Of a stretch of 64,000 bases of DNA, positions 1-12,249 are shown piece after piece (position 1 is the first letter of the stretch; each line of letters begins with the position of its first letter). The stretch comes from an uncultured Nitrososphaerales archaeon (GTDB lineage: Archaea > Thermoproteota > Nitrososphaeria > Nitrososphaerales > Nitrososphaeraceae). The notes beneath the pieces are model-generated. The model saw only the letters and a program-made list of their open reading frames with translations, did not search any database and was not told where the DNA came from. The stretch is taken from the NCBI GenBank assembly GCA_963709405.1, contig CAVPXM010000038.1, positions 32,001-96,000 of the forward strand, in the 5' to 3' direction. The translations under genes and the position numbers were made by a program.

Positions 1-2
1 TG

Positions 3-518
3 TTAAATTTCATTAGTAAATGATTTTGAAGATGAACTGAATCCAGATTCTATGTCAGCTTGCCCTACCACTTTCCATGTTATTTTTTTTCCTGTGGACG
101 GATTTGTAATTTGTTTGATGATTTCTGCATTAACATTGGATGGTGTAACAGTAAATTGAGACTGCAATTGAGCGTCGGTATTCGAAAGTAGTTGAGGCCT
201 TCCATTAACAGGAACATCCTCATACGATAAAAGCCCTTCACCCAATGGTTGACCGTTTGCAAACAACTGATATTCGATCTTTGAAGTAGTTAATGATTTG
301 TCAGTTGGATTATGTACGTCAAAAATTAGGTTCAAATGAACCATTCGAGGATTATCTGCAGTTGCATTTTTTACGACTTCTACCTTGCCGAGACTTATTG
401 TAACATCTTTTATATCAGTTGGCAAGGTTATAGTCAGAATCAAAGGGAGAAGGACTATCGTCGCCACCACGGCAGCAATTACACCAATAAGAATGATCCT
501 GCGTTTGCTTAGTAGCAT
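3..518 (-). CDS. LEA type 2 / WHy domain membrane-anchored protein
   Basis: N-terminal TM helix followed by the LEA_2 pattern 'FDVHNPTDKSLTTSKIEYQLFANGQPLGEG'. Confidence 0.7.
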   Translation of the reverse strand: MLLSKRRIILIGVIAAVVATIVLLPLILTITLPTDIKDVTISLGKVEVVKNATADNPRMVHLNLIFDVHNPTDKSLTTSKIEYQLFANGQPLGEGLLSYEDVPVNGRPQLLSNTDAQLQSQFTVTPSNVNAEIIKQITNPSTGKKITWKVVGQADIESGFSSSSKSFTNEI

Positions 519-611
519 ATATCTATACAGCTACTGAGTATAAGAGTGAATTAAAAGTTTTCTTCCTACAGCATAAGATAATATTATCATTGCATACCAA
601 ATATTCGTTAA

Positions 612-1109
612 ATGCCACTACTCGATGTCTTTGTTATTTGGTTACACCTAATATGCGCTTCAATATGGGTTGGTGGCTCCATCTTTCTTGGTTTAATCCT
701 TGCACCAATGCTAGGCGCTATTACAAATAGCATGGAAGAGCGCCTTTCGATTATGATAAGAGTCGGGAGGAGGTTTAACACAGTTGCGCTACCCTCTCTT
801 TTTATTTTGATTATAACCGGATTATATAATTCACGCGCCTCCTTGATCGACCCGGGTACACTATTTGGAACTAGTTATGGTATCATTCTTTTGATCAAGA
901 TCGTAGTAGTGATCGCTATGCTCGCTACTTATTTTATTCATATTAGACTTCTTAGCAACGAAGTCGAAAAGAGGATTAGGTCTGAAAATGTTTATGGTCT
1001 ATATGTTCAATCCATCCGCTCGAAAATAATTGTACTTGGGAGAATTACTGTGATAATGTCAGTCGTAATTCTTCTACTTGCTGCCTTCCTCCAAAATGGA
1101 GGACTATAA
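612..1109 (+). CDS. CopD-family (copper resistance D-like) membrane protein
   Basis: 'WLHLICASIWVGG', 'LIITGLYN', 'TSYGIILLIK' motifs; four TM helices. Confidence 0.75.
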   Translation: MPLLDVFVIWLHLICASIWVGGSIFLGLILAPMLGAITNSMEERLSIMIRVGRRFNTVALPSLFILIITGLYNSRASLIDPGTLFGTSYGIILLIKIVVVIAMLATYFIHIRLLSNEVEKRIRSENVYGLYVQSIRSKIIVLGRITVIMSVVILLLAAFLQNGGL

Positions 1110-1959
1110 TCTTGAAGCACTAGTTGCATACTACTTGATAAAAATAGCTGTGATACTATAAGAGGTAAGTTTTGCTCACCCAGATAGTAAAGTTCAATAT
1201 AGATGGATTGAGGCAAGATGTAACAGTAACAAGAATAATAAAGAATCAAGATAGTAATTAAATGTTAAATGCTAAAAAATAGTCCCTAGCGACTGGTAAT
1301 TTTTTCCTTCTATAACCCGGCCGATTTTCATTCGGTTCGCACGTAAATTATCATAGGGATTTTAGAATAAGGCTCGAAAGCTTATGAAATTATGAGGATC
1401 ATTAACTCCAGCCCGCTCTCACCTTCAGTTTCTTAAAATTCATAATCACAACAGACTAGTAGTCAACGATTCTCAAAACGGTTAAAAGCAAAACACACAA
1501 GTAATTGGAATAAGAAGGTAGGTCAGTAATAACAAAAATATAGTGATGATCATAGTTGAGTTACCTAGCTGTGACCGCGAAACATGCTTGGACCATATTA
1601 TATTCATCCTACATATACCCGTTCATAAACGAATAATATCGACGACTAAAGCACAAAGTAACAATATTCAGATATTTATTTATACCAAGGCATACTATCA
1701 TGGTATTGCGATCATTGTTCACAGAGTAATTAATCACTGTGGAATATTGAGAAACTTGTTTAACTACATACAACTATAGATTATGTATGAAAATAGGCAT
1801 AATATCAGGTTTTGATAAACCTAGTTTGAATGAGAGAAGTGTCAATATCTATATGACCTAGGTAAGACGAGCTCTACATAACAAGTGGCAACAAATACTC
1901 TGTTAAATGATCCATTAGGATTTTAGTTTATTTAAGCCGATGGTCAAATCATTGGGTCC

Positions 1960-2090
1960 TGTTAACTTAGAGATACAGGCTCCTTTAGAACTAATTTAAT
2001 AGCCAATTGTATTGGAGTTTTACCTTCTGAAAAAAGAAGATAAGCTTGAGATGAATTAGACAAGGATTCCTTGTAATATTCACAAAAGGT
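1960..2090 (-). pseudogene. Remnant paralogue of the HTH/coiled-coil gene at 5900-6591
   Basis: Clear nucleotide similarity (ctaatttaatagcc..ttgtattggagttt..c.gaaaaaag...gcttgag) to 6345-6420. Confidence 0.6.
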
Positions 2091-2308
2091 TATTTGTGAA
2101 TATTTAGAAACTACTTCGTGTTAAATTCCTTTCAGACAATAGATTATGCGCCAACCATTCCTGGTGCCGGTCAACAGCCAATTGAATTACATGGATCCGG
2201 TTCTAGTATTCTCGTCGATTCATAAATATGGATGTGGATGTATGAACGGATTTATGGATGTTATGCTATTTCTAGGTTAGGAGCAAATTTGATATAGGTC
2301 AGCTGCAG

Positions 2309-3800
2309 ATGCGTCATATGGATCGAGTTAAAGGAAACTTCGCTATAGAAGATGGCGAAGGTGCTTACTTGGTAGCGCATGCTATTGAGAAAGAGGCAGA
2401 ACCAGTCAGGCATGCAATATATAGCACGGTCAAGGGGATAGTAGAAGCGCAGCAATACCTCTTTGATAGCCTTTGGAGTAAGGGCTTACCAGCAGAATAT
2501 CGTTTCAGAGAACTGGAAGAAGGTGTTATACCAGATGTAGTAGAAATATTAAGAGATCCTTATGCAGATACAAAGACTTACATTCGAGCTAATAAAATCA
2601 GCCAGATGATGAGATCTTGATAATGTTTTCTATGTCTAGTTCATTTCTTCGACAGCAAAAGATAGGAAGTATGGACTTACTTCTAGGAGCTGCACTGCTA
2701 CGGAAGGTAAGGGTTAAGATTCTTACATCAGTAAATGAGGAGATAAAGGACTGGCATAGGAAAATTGGACATACAGGAGAGATTGAAATAAGAAATATTG
2801 AACCTTTACTAGAGACGAGAATGACGATTCTTGTTGTAGACAAAAAGTTTTCCTTAGTGACTGAGGTAAAAGATGACAGTAAAGAAACTTCATATGAAGC
2901 TATGGGATTGGCGAGCTATTCAACTAGCAAGTTAACAGTATCGGGCTATGCTTCTATATTCGAAGCACTCTGGAAAGAAAGCGAACTATATGAAGAGGTA
3001 ACAAAACTGTATGAAGAAGCAAGAATTGACAATATATCCCAAAGAGAATTTATAACCGTAGTTGCTCATGAGTTACGTAATCCTTTACAGCCGATAATTA
3101 GTCTATCTGAGGCTCTTCGTTCTAGAGAATAGCTAGCAGCTGGAGGACAATGATACAACAAAGGAAGATGAAATGCTTGATGTCATTGCCAGAAATGCAA
3201 AAAGAATTCAGCTTGCTAACTGAGGATATACTTGACATCACCCGGATAGAGACCAAGACACTTAAGATAAAGAAAGAAGGATTTAGCCTCAAGAGAAGTT
3301 ATTAAGGCAGTGGTACAAGACTATCAGAACGAAATTCGTAAGAGTGATAAGCATATAGAACTATTATCTGTTTGATGATGCCGGTTGTGATAGAACCACA
3401 TAATAATACAGTAATCTAATGATAGTGGCAGATCAAAATAGGATTTATCAGGTCCTATGTAATCTAGTAAATAATGCTATTAAGTTTACTAATGAGGGAA
3501 CTATTAGCATTACGGCAACGACGTCAAGAAAGGTGATGGTAATGATAAGGATGTTACTGTCAGTATAAAAGATTGTGGGACAGGAATCGATGCCGGAATA
3601 TTTCTCGGTTATTCACAAAGTTTGCAACAAAATCCAATAAAGGTACTGGTCTAGGCCTATTCATATGCAAGAATATTGTAGAAGCCCATGGTGGCAGAAT
3701 ATGGGCTAAAAATAATCCTGATGGCAAAGGAGCCACATTTTCATTTACGCTACCATTACCCGACGTCTCCTCGCTAGTGGATGAAGTGCAAAATACATAA
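2309..3800 (+). pseudogene. Sensor histidine kinase (HisKA + HATPase_c), multiply frameshifted
   Basis: 'AHELRNPLQPII' H-box, 'QVLCNLVNNAIKFT' N-box in an intervening frame, '[18 protein letters not shown]' G2 box; spread over several frames. Confidence 0.85.
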
Positions 3801-5899
3801 ATGAGAACAAATAGAAAAAACTGCTAGGCAAACGATTGAGACATTTCTGACATCATGATATATCTCCATTCTGATGATCTTAAGGGTCCTTTAGCTGGAA
3901 AAGACCTATCTGACTTAATTCGGCTTATAGTAAGACGGCAACGCATATGTCAACGTTCATACGAATCAGAATTTAAACCGCGAAATCCGTGGTCAATTAG
4001 AATCATCATCTCCTCAGACGTTGCTTGATGAAGGGACAGAAGATTGAGCTCAGACAAGAGCTTTGGCCAAATCGGGCGCACCACGTAATTGCCATAGTGA
4101 GAACTATAGCTGCGTGATAAATATTGCATCATAATACAACGCTTTGGATTTTTCGACACTTGTAAAGACTTTATAGGGTTCAACTGGTTCAAGTAGACTA
4201 GTCGAGATATGTCGCTGTAGACATATCCTAAATGTTTTAAGGGGAGCATCTATTCAAACTCTGATGGGATGTAGTAAATTAGCGATACTTGATTATACTC
4301 AGCAAACGGTTATCTAACGTTTTGGGAATATTTAATTAGTGCGTTTGGAAATTTTAACTTATGAGTACTTCAGATAAAGATGCCAGTGATCAGAAGGTTA
4401 AGGAACAGACCGACGAAATAAGGAACAAAGTATTCCGATATTTACTGCTGTTTTGGAAAGGATTCCAGTAATGGATCTAAAAGAAGTCGTTAGCGTATTG
4501 ATACTAGTTGAACCTGTACGGTCTGTATTGAGGATTCATGCTACGAGACTGAGTTTCATAGGGGAAAATAAGGCACTTGATCAAATGGTTGAAGAAAAGA
4601 TTAGCGAGTTGAAGACATACTGAACCCGGCACGCTAGCAGGTATTCTAGAAAGAATCGATAAAATGGATCTAAAAGAGACCGCAGGTGGGTTGTTAGGAA
4701 TTGATGCAAGATGTATTTTTTAAAAGATTGCCTTGAAATAACAATATCACCGACCCCTATTGCACTATTTCCATCAGGCAAGATCTGGGGAGCAGAAATG
4801 CTGGATTAATCTAAATCAATGAATCGCACAAAGATGGCAATATATGAAGAACCTCAAAAATAAAGTAAAAGACACGACGTAAGCCGTACTATAATAAGCT
4901 ATGTAAGTGATAGGTATACGATATGCAAAGCAAGTTCAAACGAAGAATCTGAAAAGGTTGCGTAGGTTCGGCTTGATCAAGTCTCCATAAGGAAGTTTGG
5001 GGGTAGTTCTCATCGGAATTGCCTGAAGTCTAACTTATCAATCATTTATGAAAACTGTCAATCGCCGTACCACCAGATTGCTTTTATGCCTATCTACCTT
5101 TCGGACAATACCTGAATCATTAATCATTTATGTGAATCTGTCATAGTTTAAATTCTGTTCTTAACAATCCCTTGACTAGGGTCATCGCATAGTGGTTCTT
5201 TATGTGAGATGCAATTGCATCACATGTGAAATTCAAGGTAAGGCACTATCCTAGATAAAAGATATTCCTATTGGGCATTTACTCGCATATGGAAACTTAA
5301 ACACAATAGAACACTAAAACATCTATTACATTACTCTATTTTTGTAAGACTAGTTCTGTATTATGAAATACTGAATCTACGGTATATGATTACTTGATTA
5401 TCTACCTAGTTTTGTATAATTGTCAAATTTTCTAATATCCAATTTTTTGCATCACCAATAAACACTCTATCCTTAGGAGACAATCCCTGCTCCCATTCCA
5501 GCACGCAAGAGTACATAACTTTAGTGAGAATTCAATGCAGAGAGTACATACACAGTAATCACAGGAGTCAAGGTATCTGCCTTTGTGCCTTTGCAATCAT
5601 CGTTATTCACCATCTCAAGATCCCACGCCAAAACAAGAATCCTACGGCCAAGGCTACTTTTCTAACCTGTTCTTATGATACCGAAATAATTTATAGTAAC
5701 TAATACTTACGGTACATTTATTCGATTTGACTTCTCGGGAGGCAATCTCACTATAGTCATAATATGGTAAATGAGTAGGCTGAGAAAAAATGGGTAGATC
5801 TTCATCGTAAAGCTCACTATTTACATTAGTAAACTATTCTCTCTTTTATCATGATATTTCTAGATGATAATATTCTTTTAGTTGCTAATGCTCTCGGCT

Positions 5900-6591
5900 T
5901 CATTATTACCTCTTTCTTTAATGTCTGATATTTTTTTCATTATTATTCTCGAATTCTTCTTGCTGACTTCTTCAGTTTAAATCTTTCTTGATGCAGAGTA
6001 TCCATCAGAGCTCATTCTTCTCTGGTACGTGTATAACTATATTGAACCAAAGTAGCATGTAAACCAAAGTATTTCCTTCTCTAGATGTCCTTCTTAGATT
6101 CTAGAGACTTACTTCTCTTCGTAATCCTTCATACTTAGCCTGTACGCTTGGCAAATCATTGTTAGTAATTTCAAGAACCCTTTTGACGTGTTCTAGATTC
6201 ATACCTGCGCTTTCGTAAACCTGTACAGCTCAACAAACGACCAGATACCTTCTTTAACATTTTCATAGACATTGTAAAGAGTATAGAGTTGCTGTAGGTT
6301 CCAGTATTGTTTTACAATTCATGTACTTTGGACTCCTTGTAGATCTAATTTAATAGCCACTTGTATTGGAGTTTACTCTTCCGAAAAAAGTTGGTAGGCT
6401 TGAGAGGAATCGGACAGGGATTGCTCTGTTCCAAACTTTTTCAGAATAGGTCCAATATCACGCAGAGATATCCGTGCTTCCTTGGCTATTTCAGCGTAAG
6501 TCTTTCCCTCATTATAATAAAGGTCTAAGACGAGATTTTCTTTTTCGTGTCTTGTCAAGCCGACAATATTATTCATATCTAATTTAGGCAA
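5900..6591 (-). pseudogene. HTH plus coiled-coil hypothetical protein, frameshifted
   Basis: 'LVLDLYYNEGKTYAEIAKEARISLRDIGPILKK' HTH; coding-like sequence continues in other frames downstream. Confidence 0.6.
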
Positions 6592-6719
6592 AATTGAGCC
6601 TTAAAGGGTGTTAAGCGCTATTACCATCCTATTATCATTATTGCCACCTAATTACCTCTATTTTCTCTATTACCTAGCTTATTTTAGAATGAATTCAAAT
6701 AAATAATATCATAAGGAAT

Positions 6720-8041
6720 ATCTACAATATTTTCCTAGCATATATGGATCTCTTCATACTGGCTTAACCCATTCTGTACTTCCTTGATGTCCATGCCAAG
6801 CTCTAGAAAAGAGCTAATGTTCCTTTCAATAGTATTCAGTATGCGGTCAAGTACGCGGCGACTCTCCTCAGTTTCAGATTCCCGAAAATTGAGCAGGTCA
6901 TTTAGCCTTTCATAATCTACGTCGCTAAGAAAGGGGCCGTCAAACTTAACTCCATTTATATAGAATGATTGGCCTCCGAATCGTTCCCAACCAGACCCGT
7001 CATCTTTAGCCTCATACTCAGTAACTGCGACGAGTAGCCCATGTTGGTCAATAATATTTTTGGTACTAGTATCAAGTATTAGGCCGAATTGTGCTACTGC
7101 TGACTGCTTTCTAGGCCGTGAGAATGGGAGCCGTTATCAGAGTCCAAGATTCCAGATTACAAACTGATAAATGCGAGGGTGCATATTAGACTGCTGTGGA
7201 GGTGGCGAAGGTCTTCGTTATATTAACATCTAGACTCAGGTCGAGCATAGACGTCCGTGGAAGGATCTTATAGTGCTGAATAATAGACTCGGCCTCATTA
7301 AAGGTCAACAACTTGTGAAACTCGTCAGTGATGGCTTCTAAGACCAGATTTATTGTGAAGTTAAGAATTTTACTATAAAGTCGATACTTCTCTAATGTCT
7401 GAAAGTGCCGATACGCGCTTGGGGCCAATGGAAGATAACATATATTTTCTTAGCTCCTCGATAGAGGACGTTGAACTGTGGAATGCCATCCAGAGAGTTA
7501 CCATCGGGGGAGTCGGGAATTGCAGTCGGTAACCTGTTAAAAGAACCGACTGGCGTGACATCAATGCTTGTATTTTCGAAGCGTACTTTCGTACGAGCTA
7601 GAATAGCCTGTTCTTCGGACAGGTTGATACTAGTCTGCAGTTCACGAGCACGTCTCTCGTAAATAGATGAGAACCTTCCAGTACGCTGGTCCCATTTACC
7701 TCGATCATGCCACCCGAGATTTTTTGTTTTTGGAGGCCACAGCCAAGTATCTAGCGTCCCTGCATCATATCGTTCTTGGAGTCTATGAAGTGACATCTGC
7801 CCGGATCGTCAGATCTGGGGTTATCGTGCTGTCTGCGCAATAATCGATTTCTTAAGTCCACCCCAATTAATCGGAGTTAGCATTCCTCTATGAATAATGA
7901 AACCAGTACGTCACTGAGGGCGGCTGATGTAATTCTGCGCAAAAGTTAGATAGTAAGCTCTGAGACAGACGTAGGTCGGCTGTCCAGTGAGCTGACCAAA
8001 TCAGTAGGCACTCTGTCGATAAGTCGAAAGGCTTGCTCCAT
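6720..8041 (-). pseudogene. Decayed unknown gene with raised GC
   Basis: Consecutive minus-strand ORF pieces (from ATG near 8041, 7392-7796, 7186-7428, ~6735-7100) broken by stops and frameshifts; no family recognised. Confidence 0.4.
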
Positions 8042-8483
8042 TAATATTATGATATACAGATCATTAATTAACTATTTTCACTTATTTGCAATCCCTTTTT
8101 ACGTAATTGCTCGAGCCAGTTGCAAATGGAAAATGGAAAGTAGTAGAATTGGTAACTTTCATGCACCCTGACGTACACAAGAATAAAGTATCGTCTGAAT
8201 GTCTGGATATCAAACCTTAGTTAGTCTATACATCTGGTGTCTCATTTTAGACAATCTTAATCTAATATGCCGCACATCGTATTAGAAGACACTTTTTCCG
8301 GTATAATTAAACTGGACCCGTAGAACATCCCAAAATAGTCTAGTTTGGTGGAATACAGATTCCTACTGCATATAAAGCAACTTAATTTGAAAATGATCGA
8401 ATATGAGTTTTTTGGTTTTATTGGGCAAGCTAAAAGCAGACACATGCAGATAACAATTATTAATTTAATTAGATGTAACACGC

Positions 8484-9569
8484 GTGAGAATGGGGATTAG
8501 GGAGTATGAAATATGGTATGATAACAATTGGCGCATTTATGATGATTTGAGAAAGTTTGTAGAGAAATCGTTTTCAACGATTTTCGATGAAGAGGGCTTA
8601 GTAAGAGGTACTGATTATATCTTATTAACCTCTAGACTAAAAGGTCGTCGTAATTTTCTTCAAAAGATCTATAAAGAGGATGAGAAAGGTAATCGAAAAT
8701 ATTTGAAACCAACCCAAATAACTGATCTAGCTGGAATAAGAATCGTAGCTTTTCTTATCTCTGATACCAAAATGCTCTGCAATGTAATCGAGCGATACTT
8801 CGATCCCGATTACGAGAGAACAATAAAATCATCAGATAGGTTGGGAAAAAACCTCATTGGATATAGGTCCTCAAATTATGTTGTCAAACTCGGTGGGGAA
8901 TATTTTGGGAAATGGTATGAATATCAAGCATTCAAAGAGATGTATTTTGAGATTCAGGTGGCCACACTGCTTGATTTCACATGGATGGAAATTGAGCATG
9001 ACAGAGTATATAAAACTGCTGCACAATTTCCACCAGGTATTAGTATCCAACGATGATTTAATTTACTGTCTGGCCTATTGGAACTCGCTGATCAAGAATT
9101 TGATGTAATATCAAGAGATGTGAAAAGATATGATATGACATTAACCGAGAAAATTCAGAAGGGAATGATAGATGACTTAGAAATTAGTCCACGGTCACTG
9201 AGAGCATATCTGAAGGATTTTCATGATATTCCCGGTATTACACCCTATTTTGCAGTAAGCAAAGCTGTTTTGCAGGAGTTGAACGTGATGGGAATACAGA
9301 AAATAAGTCAATTAGATGAGATCAAACCAAGAGATTTTAAAGAAAGATACGCAAAGGTTTCGAATAATAAAGATTATGTAACCTATACCGCTATCTTGAG
9401 AGATATGATGATAATTCATGATACGAAAAAGTATTCCTCGAGTGCATTTGATCCTAATTCTTATAACACTTTCGAGTATCATCGTTGGAAAGTCTATAAG
9501 GAATTTGGAGTGAATTTTGATGATTTACCAGCTGGTGTAGAGTTTAAAGAGGGTGGAGATGACGATTAA
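8484..9569 (+). pseudogene. RelA/SpoT-domain (alarmone synthetase-like) protein interrupted by one in-frame TGA at 9054-9056
   Basis: 'SRLK', 'DLAGIRI', 'GYRSSNY', 'EIQVATLLDFTWMEIEHDRVYK'; ORF 9078-9569 is in the same frame (IQR*FNLLSGLLELADQEF). Confidence 0.85.
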
Positions 9570-9769
9570 GTCATATAGAATTATTTGATGAAATCAATAG
9601 TCGACATAACTTCCAGATTATACCCCTCCACTTACATGAAGAACTAATATAGTTATTCATACTACTACGGTATGATCCAATAAATTATCATAATTCATAG
9701 AACAAAATGAATAATATTATCTTGTCCAGATTAGTTTGAATTTCAAAAACTGACTATGATTATTGACTT

Positions 9770-10150
9770 GGGGTTAGCATATTATACAAATATGTGTTTT
9801 CTATCTTTAGTTTTTCCAAACTTATAGGTAAATAGCCAGTATTCTTTGCAGACTTAATATTATAATTGATTACATAATTGGGATTAAAGTCTAGTTCCAT
9901 TATAGAACGGCATCTTCTAGCCAATCCCTAATCATATTGGTAGCCTCATCAGTAGAACATTTTTTAACGTTAATAAGGTAAGGGGCCAGAATACGCCATA
10001 CTGCAAATTTTCTGTAATCGCCTATTGGAGTTTGCAGTAGTTTTCAATCCACCAAATTTTAGTTGAATTTGCGGTCTTGACGTGCACACTCCCGCCAACA
10101 GCTAGTCTCCGCAATGTTTTCATTAATTAGCCATCTTCTAAATTCGCGCA
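9770..10150 (-). pseudogene. C-terminal fragment of AEP primase family gene
   Basis: Minus strand reads LLQTPIGDYRKFAVWRILAPYLINVKKCSTDEATNMIRDWL, matching the C-terminus of 14827-15888. Confidence 0.8.
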
Positions 10151-10270
10151 AGAGACATTTTATTGCAGTCTCGACACTGCAGTCTCGACTACCTGACTAC
10201 ACTTTGAATTCGTGGTGCCGGGAACTCTGACAAGACATGAATTGACCGCGGAAATTTTTTTATTTCTTTA

Positions 10271-10564
10271 TTATCCCTGTATCCTTGAAATCGCCTTCTT
10301 CAAATCATCCAAATTCATTGCAGGATGTATTTCTACGTTGGCATCGAATCCCTGAAATAAAGGTTCTGCAATGTTCGGGATCATATCTGGACTTGGCAAA
10401 TCCAAAACAAAGACCATAGTTCTGTTTCCATTCACTTCAGTAAAGTATGCGGCCTCACAGTTGAACTTCTTGGTATAGTCTTCGATAGTCTTCAAGAAAT
10501 TAGGATCTTTAACCATCTTGTTGCCGGCAGTTGTTGGAATCAATGCTCTAATTAATACTCTCAT
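10271..10564 (-). CDS. Conserved small protein (DUF3303/GYD-like fold)
   Basis: Intact 97 aa ORF, 'EAAYFTEVNGNRT...IAEPLF...VEIHPAMNLDDL'. Confidence 0.65.
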   Translation of the reverse strand: MRVLIRALIPTTAGNKMVKDPNFLKTIEDYTKKFNCEAAYFTEVNGNRTMVFVLDLPSPDMIPNIAEPLFQGFDANVEIHPAMNLDDLKKAISRIQG

Positions 10565-10750
10565 GTCAATTCGTCAAAGTAAGCCGGTCGCGCCTTGATA
10601 ATTAATCTTTCTATCTGAACTCTTGGCGCAACTCACTACAGCATTTGAAACAATATATGAAATTTGTATAGGATGATTTGGCTTGATCTTTGACTAATAG
10701 GGTTTAGATAAGATTTTGAAAATCGTTGATTGTATAATAAATTCTATCCC

Positions 10751-10896
10751 GGCCTGTAAATTCTTAAAAATGAAGCACCATCTTCATTCTGCATTGGAGA
10801 GAAGCATAATCGAGGGAGAGAACGATAGAGTACATCAAAGATAGAACGGAAAGTTTCGATGATTATTTTCCTTGTAGAAAAAATAAATGTAAATTG
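10751..10896 (+). mobile_element. IS6-family transposase 3' fragment
   Basis: Encodes 'CKFLKMKHHLHS...EYIKDRTESFDDYFPCRKNKCKL', similar to the IS6 copies at 38.1, 53.7 and 58.6 kb. Confidence 0.8.
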
Positions 10897-10925
10897 CTCC
10901 TACGACAATAATGAAAGACTCCTCT

Positions 10926-11546
10926 TCAAAGTACATATTTTGGTCCACCAAAAATTTTTGATATGGTCAATATTTTAGCCCATTCTTCAAGTGCTTCTAC
11001 AATAGCACGTGCCTGATGAATATTGTTTCCAACAGCTACAACTCCGTGATTCTTAATTATAACTGCCTTTAATTTTTCACCATCCTGTCCAAATGCTTCA
11101 GAAACTACATTTGCTAATTCTGTTGATCCTGATGGCTTATTTGCGATTATAACAGGATTTCCTACTACTATCTTGGCTTCTTCTATTATATGTCGAAATT
11201 GATATTTTCCAGATATGGCAATACCAAGTGTATATGGACTATGCGTGTGTACGATTGCATTTACTTTTCTTGACTTTTTGTAGATAGATAAATGCATATA
11301 CCATTCTATACTCGGTTTCAATCTACCGAGTGTCTTTCCAGTTTCTAAATGTACTTTGATCAAATCCTCCTCTCGCATATTGTAACGCGGGACCCCAGAT
11401 GGAGTTATCCACATCCATTTTGTGTTTTCGATTCTAATACTATGGTTGCCTGATATAGGCGATGTAAAACCCATCTCATACAAACTTTTAACACAATTTA
11501 CAAGGGTCCTTTTATTATTGACATCAGTTTTATTGATAGAAATCAA
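10926..11546 (-). CDS. Class II aldolase/adducin family protein
   Basis: 'SGNHS', 'ITPSG', 'PSIEWYMHLSIY', 'VHTHSPY', 'KNHGVVAVG'. Confidence 0.9.
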   Translation of the reverse strand: MISINKTDVNNKRTLVNCVKSLYEMGFTSPISGNHSIRIENTKWMWITPSGVPRYNMREEDLIKVHLETGKTLGRLKPSIEWYMHLSIYKKSRKVNAIVHTHSPYTLGIAISGKYQFRHIIEEAKIVVGNPVIIANKPSGSTELANVVSEAFGQDGEKLKAVIIKNHGVVAVGNNIHQARAIVEALEEWAKILTISKIFGGPKYVL

Positions 11547-11730
11547 TATGACGAACGAACATAATGGACAAAGATCCTATTAATGATATTGCAGTGTTAG
11601 AACATTACAATAGCAGGATTTCCAACAAGATTATTTGGTCCTTGATAACTCATTAATTTGATATAATGGGTGCACCTGTCATATCTCCACTTCGCTCCCC
11701 TATTCTTACCTCAATTCTCAAAAAGGAATA

Positions 11731-11955
11731 TTGTATAATAAAACCCTGATGAACCTATTCCGAGACGAGGGCATACTCACTAAAGAAATTGAATCATGCA
11801 AAGGCTTTACAGATCGTCTATCTTCGGAAGATATAAAAGCCTTCCTGAACATGCTCAATGGTTGCTACAAATATTCCAAGGCAATTAATGCGAAAGGATG
11901 GCCATTTCCAACTGAACCTGTAATCATGACCATAGTATTTCGCAGTACAAACTAA
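11731..11955 (+). CDS. Hypothetical protein, probably frameshifted at the 3' end
   Basis: 74 aa ORF with protein-like composition; no recognised motif. Confidence 0.4.
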   Translation: MYNKTLMNLFRDEGILTKEIESCKGFTDRLSSEDIKAFLNMLNGCYKYSKAINAKGWPFPTEPVIMTIVFRSTN

Positions 11956-12074
11956 TCGAGTGGTTAGAAACGCGGATTTACAAGACTAAACATTTCTAGG
12001 TAAAACGATACTTCAGTCTACGCAGCTCACTGCCAAAGTACCTATATGGAGTACCGATACTAATAAAATTATAG

Positions 12075-12235
12075 ATTATTGGTGTATCCGTAGATGGTAC
12101 TAACAGACATGATATGAAAATGAGTAAAGCAATGCTTCAGAGTATAGTAGTCTATAGACCTGAACCAACAATCAGATCAAAGCAGCAGATGTGCCTTGAC
12201 AAAGGCTATGACTTTCCAGAGCTATACGAATTACT
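12075..12235 (+). mobile_element. IS5-family transposase fragment
   Basis: Reads VSVDGTNRHDMKM...MCLDKGYDFPE (AN.HD and DKGYD motifs); abuts the IS481 insertion. Confidence 0.7.
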
Positions 12236-12249
12236 AACTCTTAATTAGT

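Noticed and set aside
9054-9056. Selenocysteine codon in the RelA/SpoT gene
   Set aside because: Position is most simply an Arg (CGA to TGA); no redox motif or SECIS evidence seen
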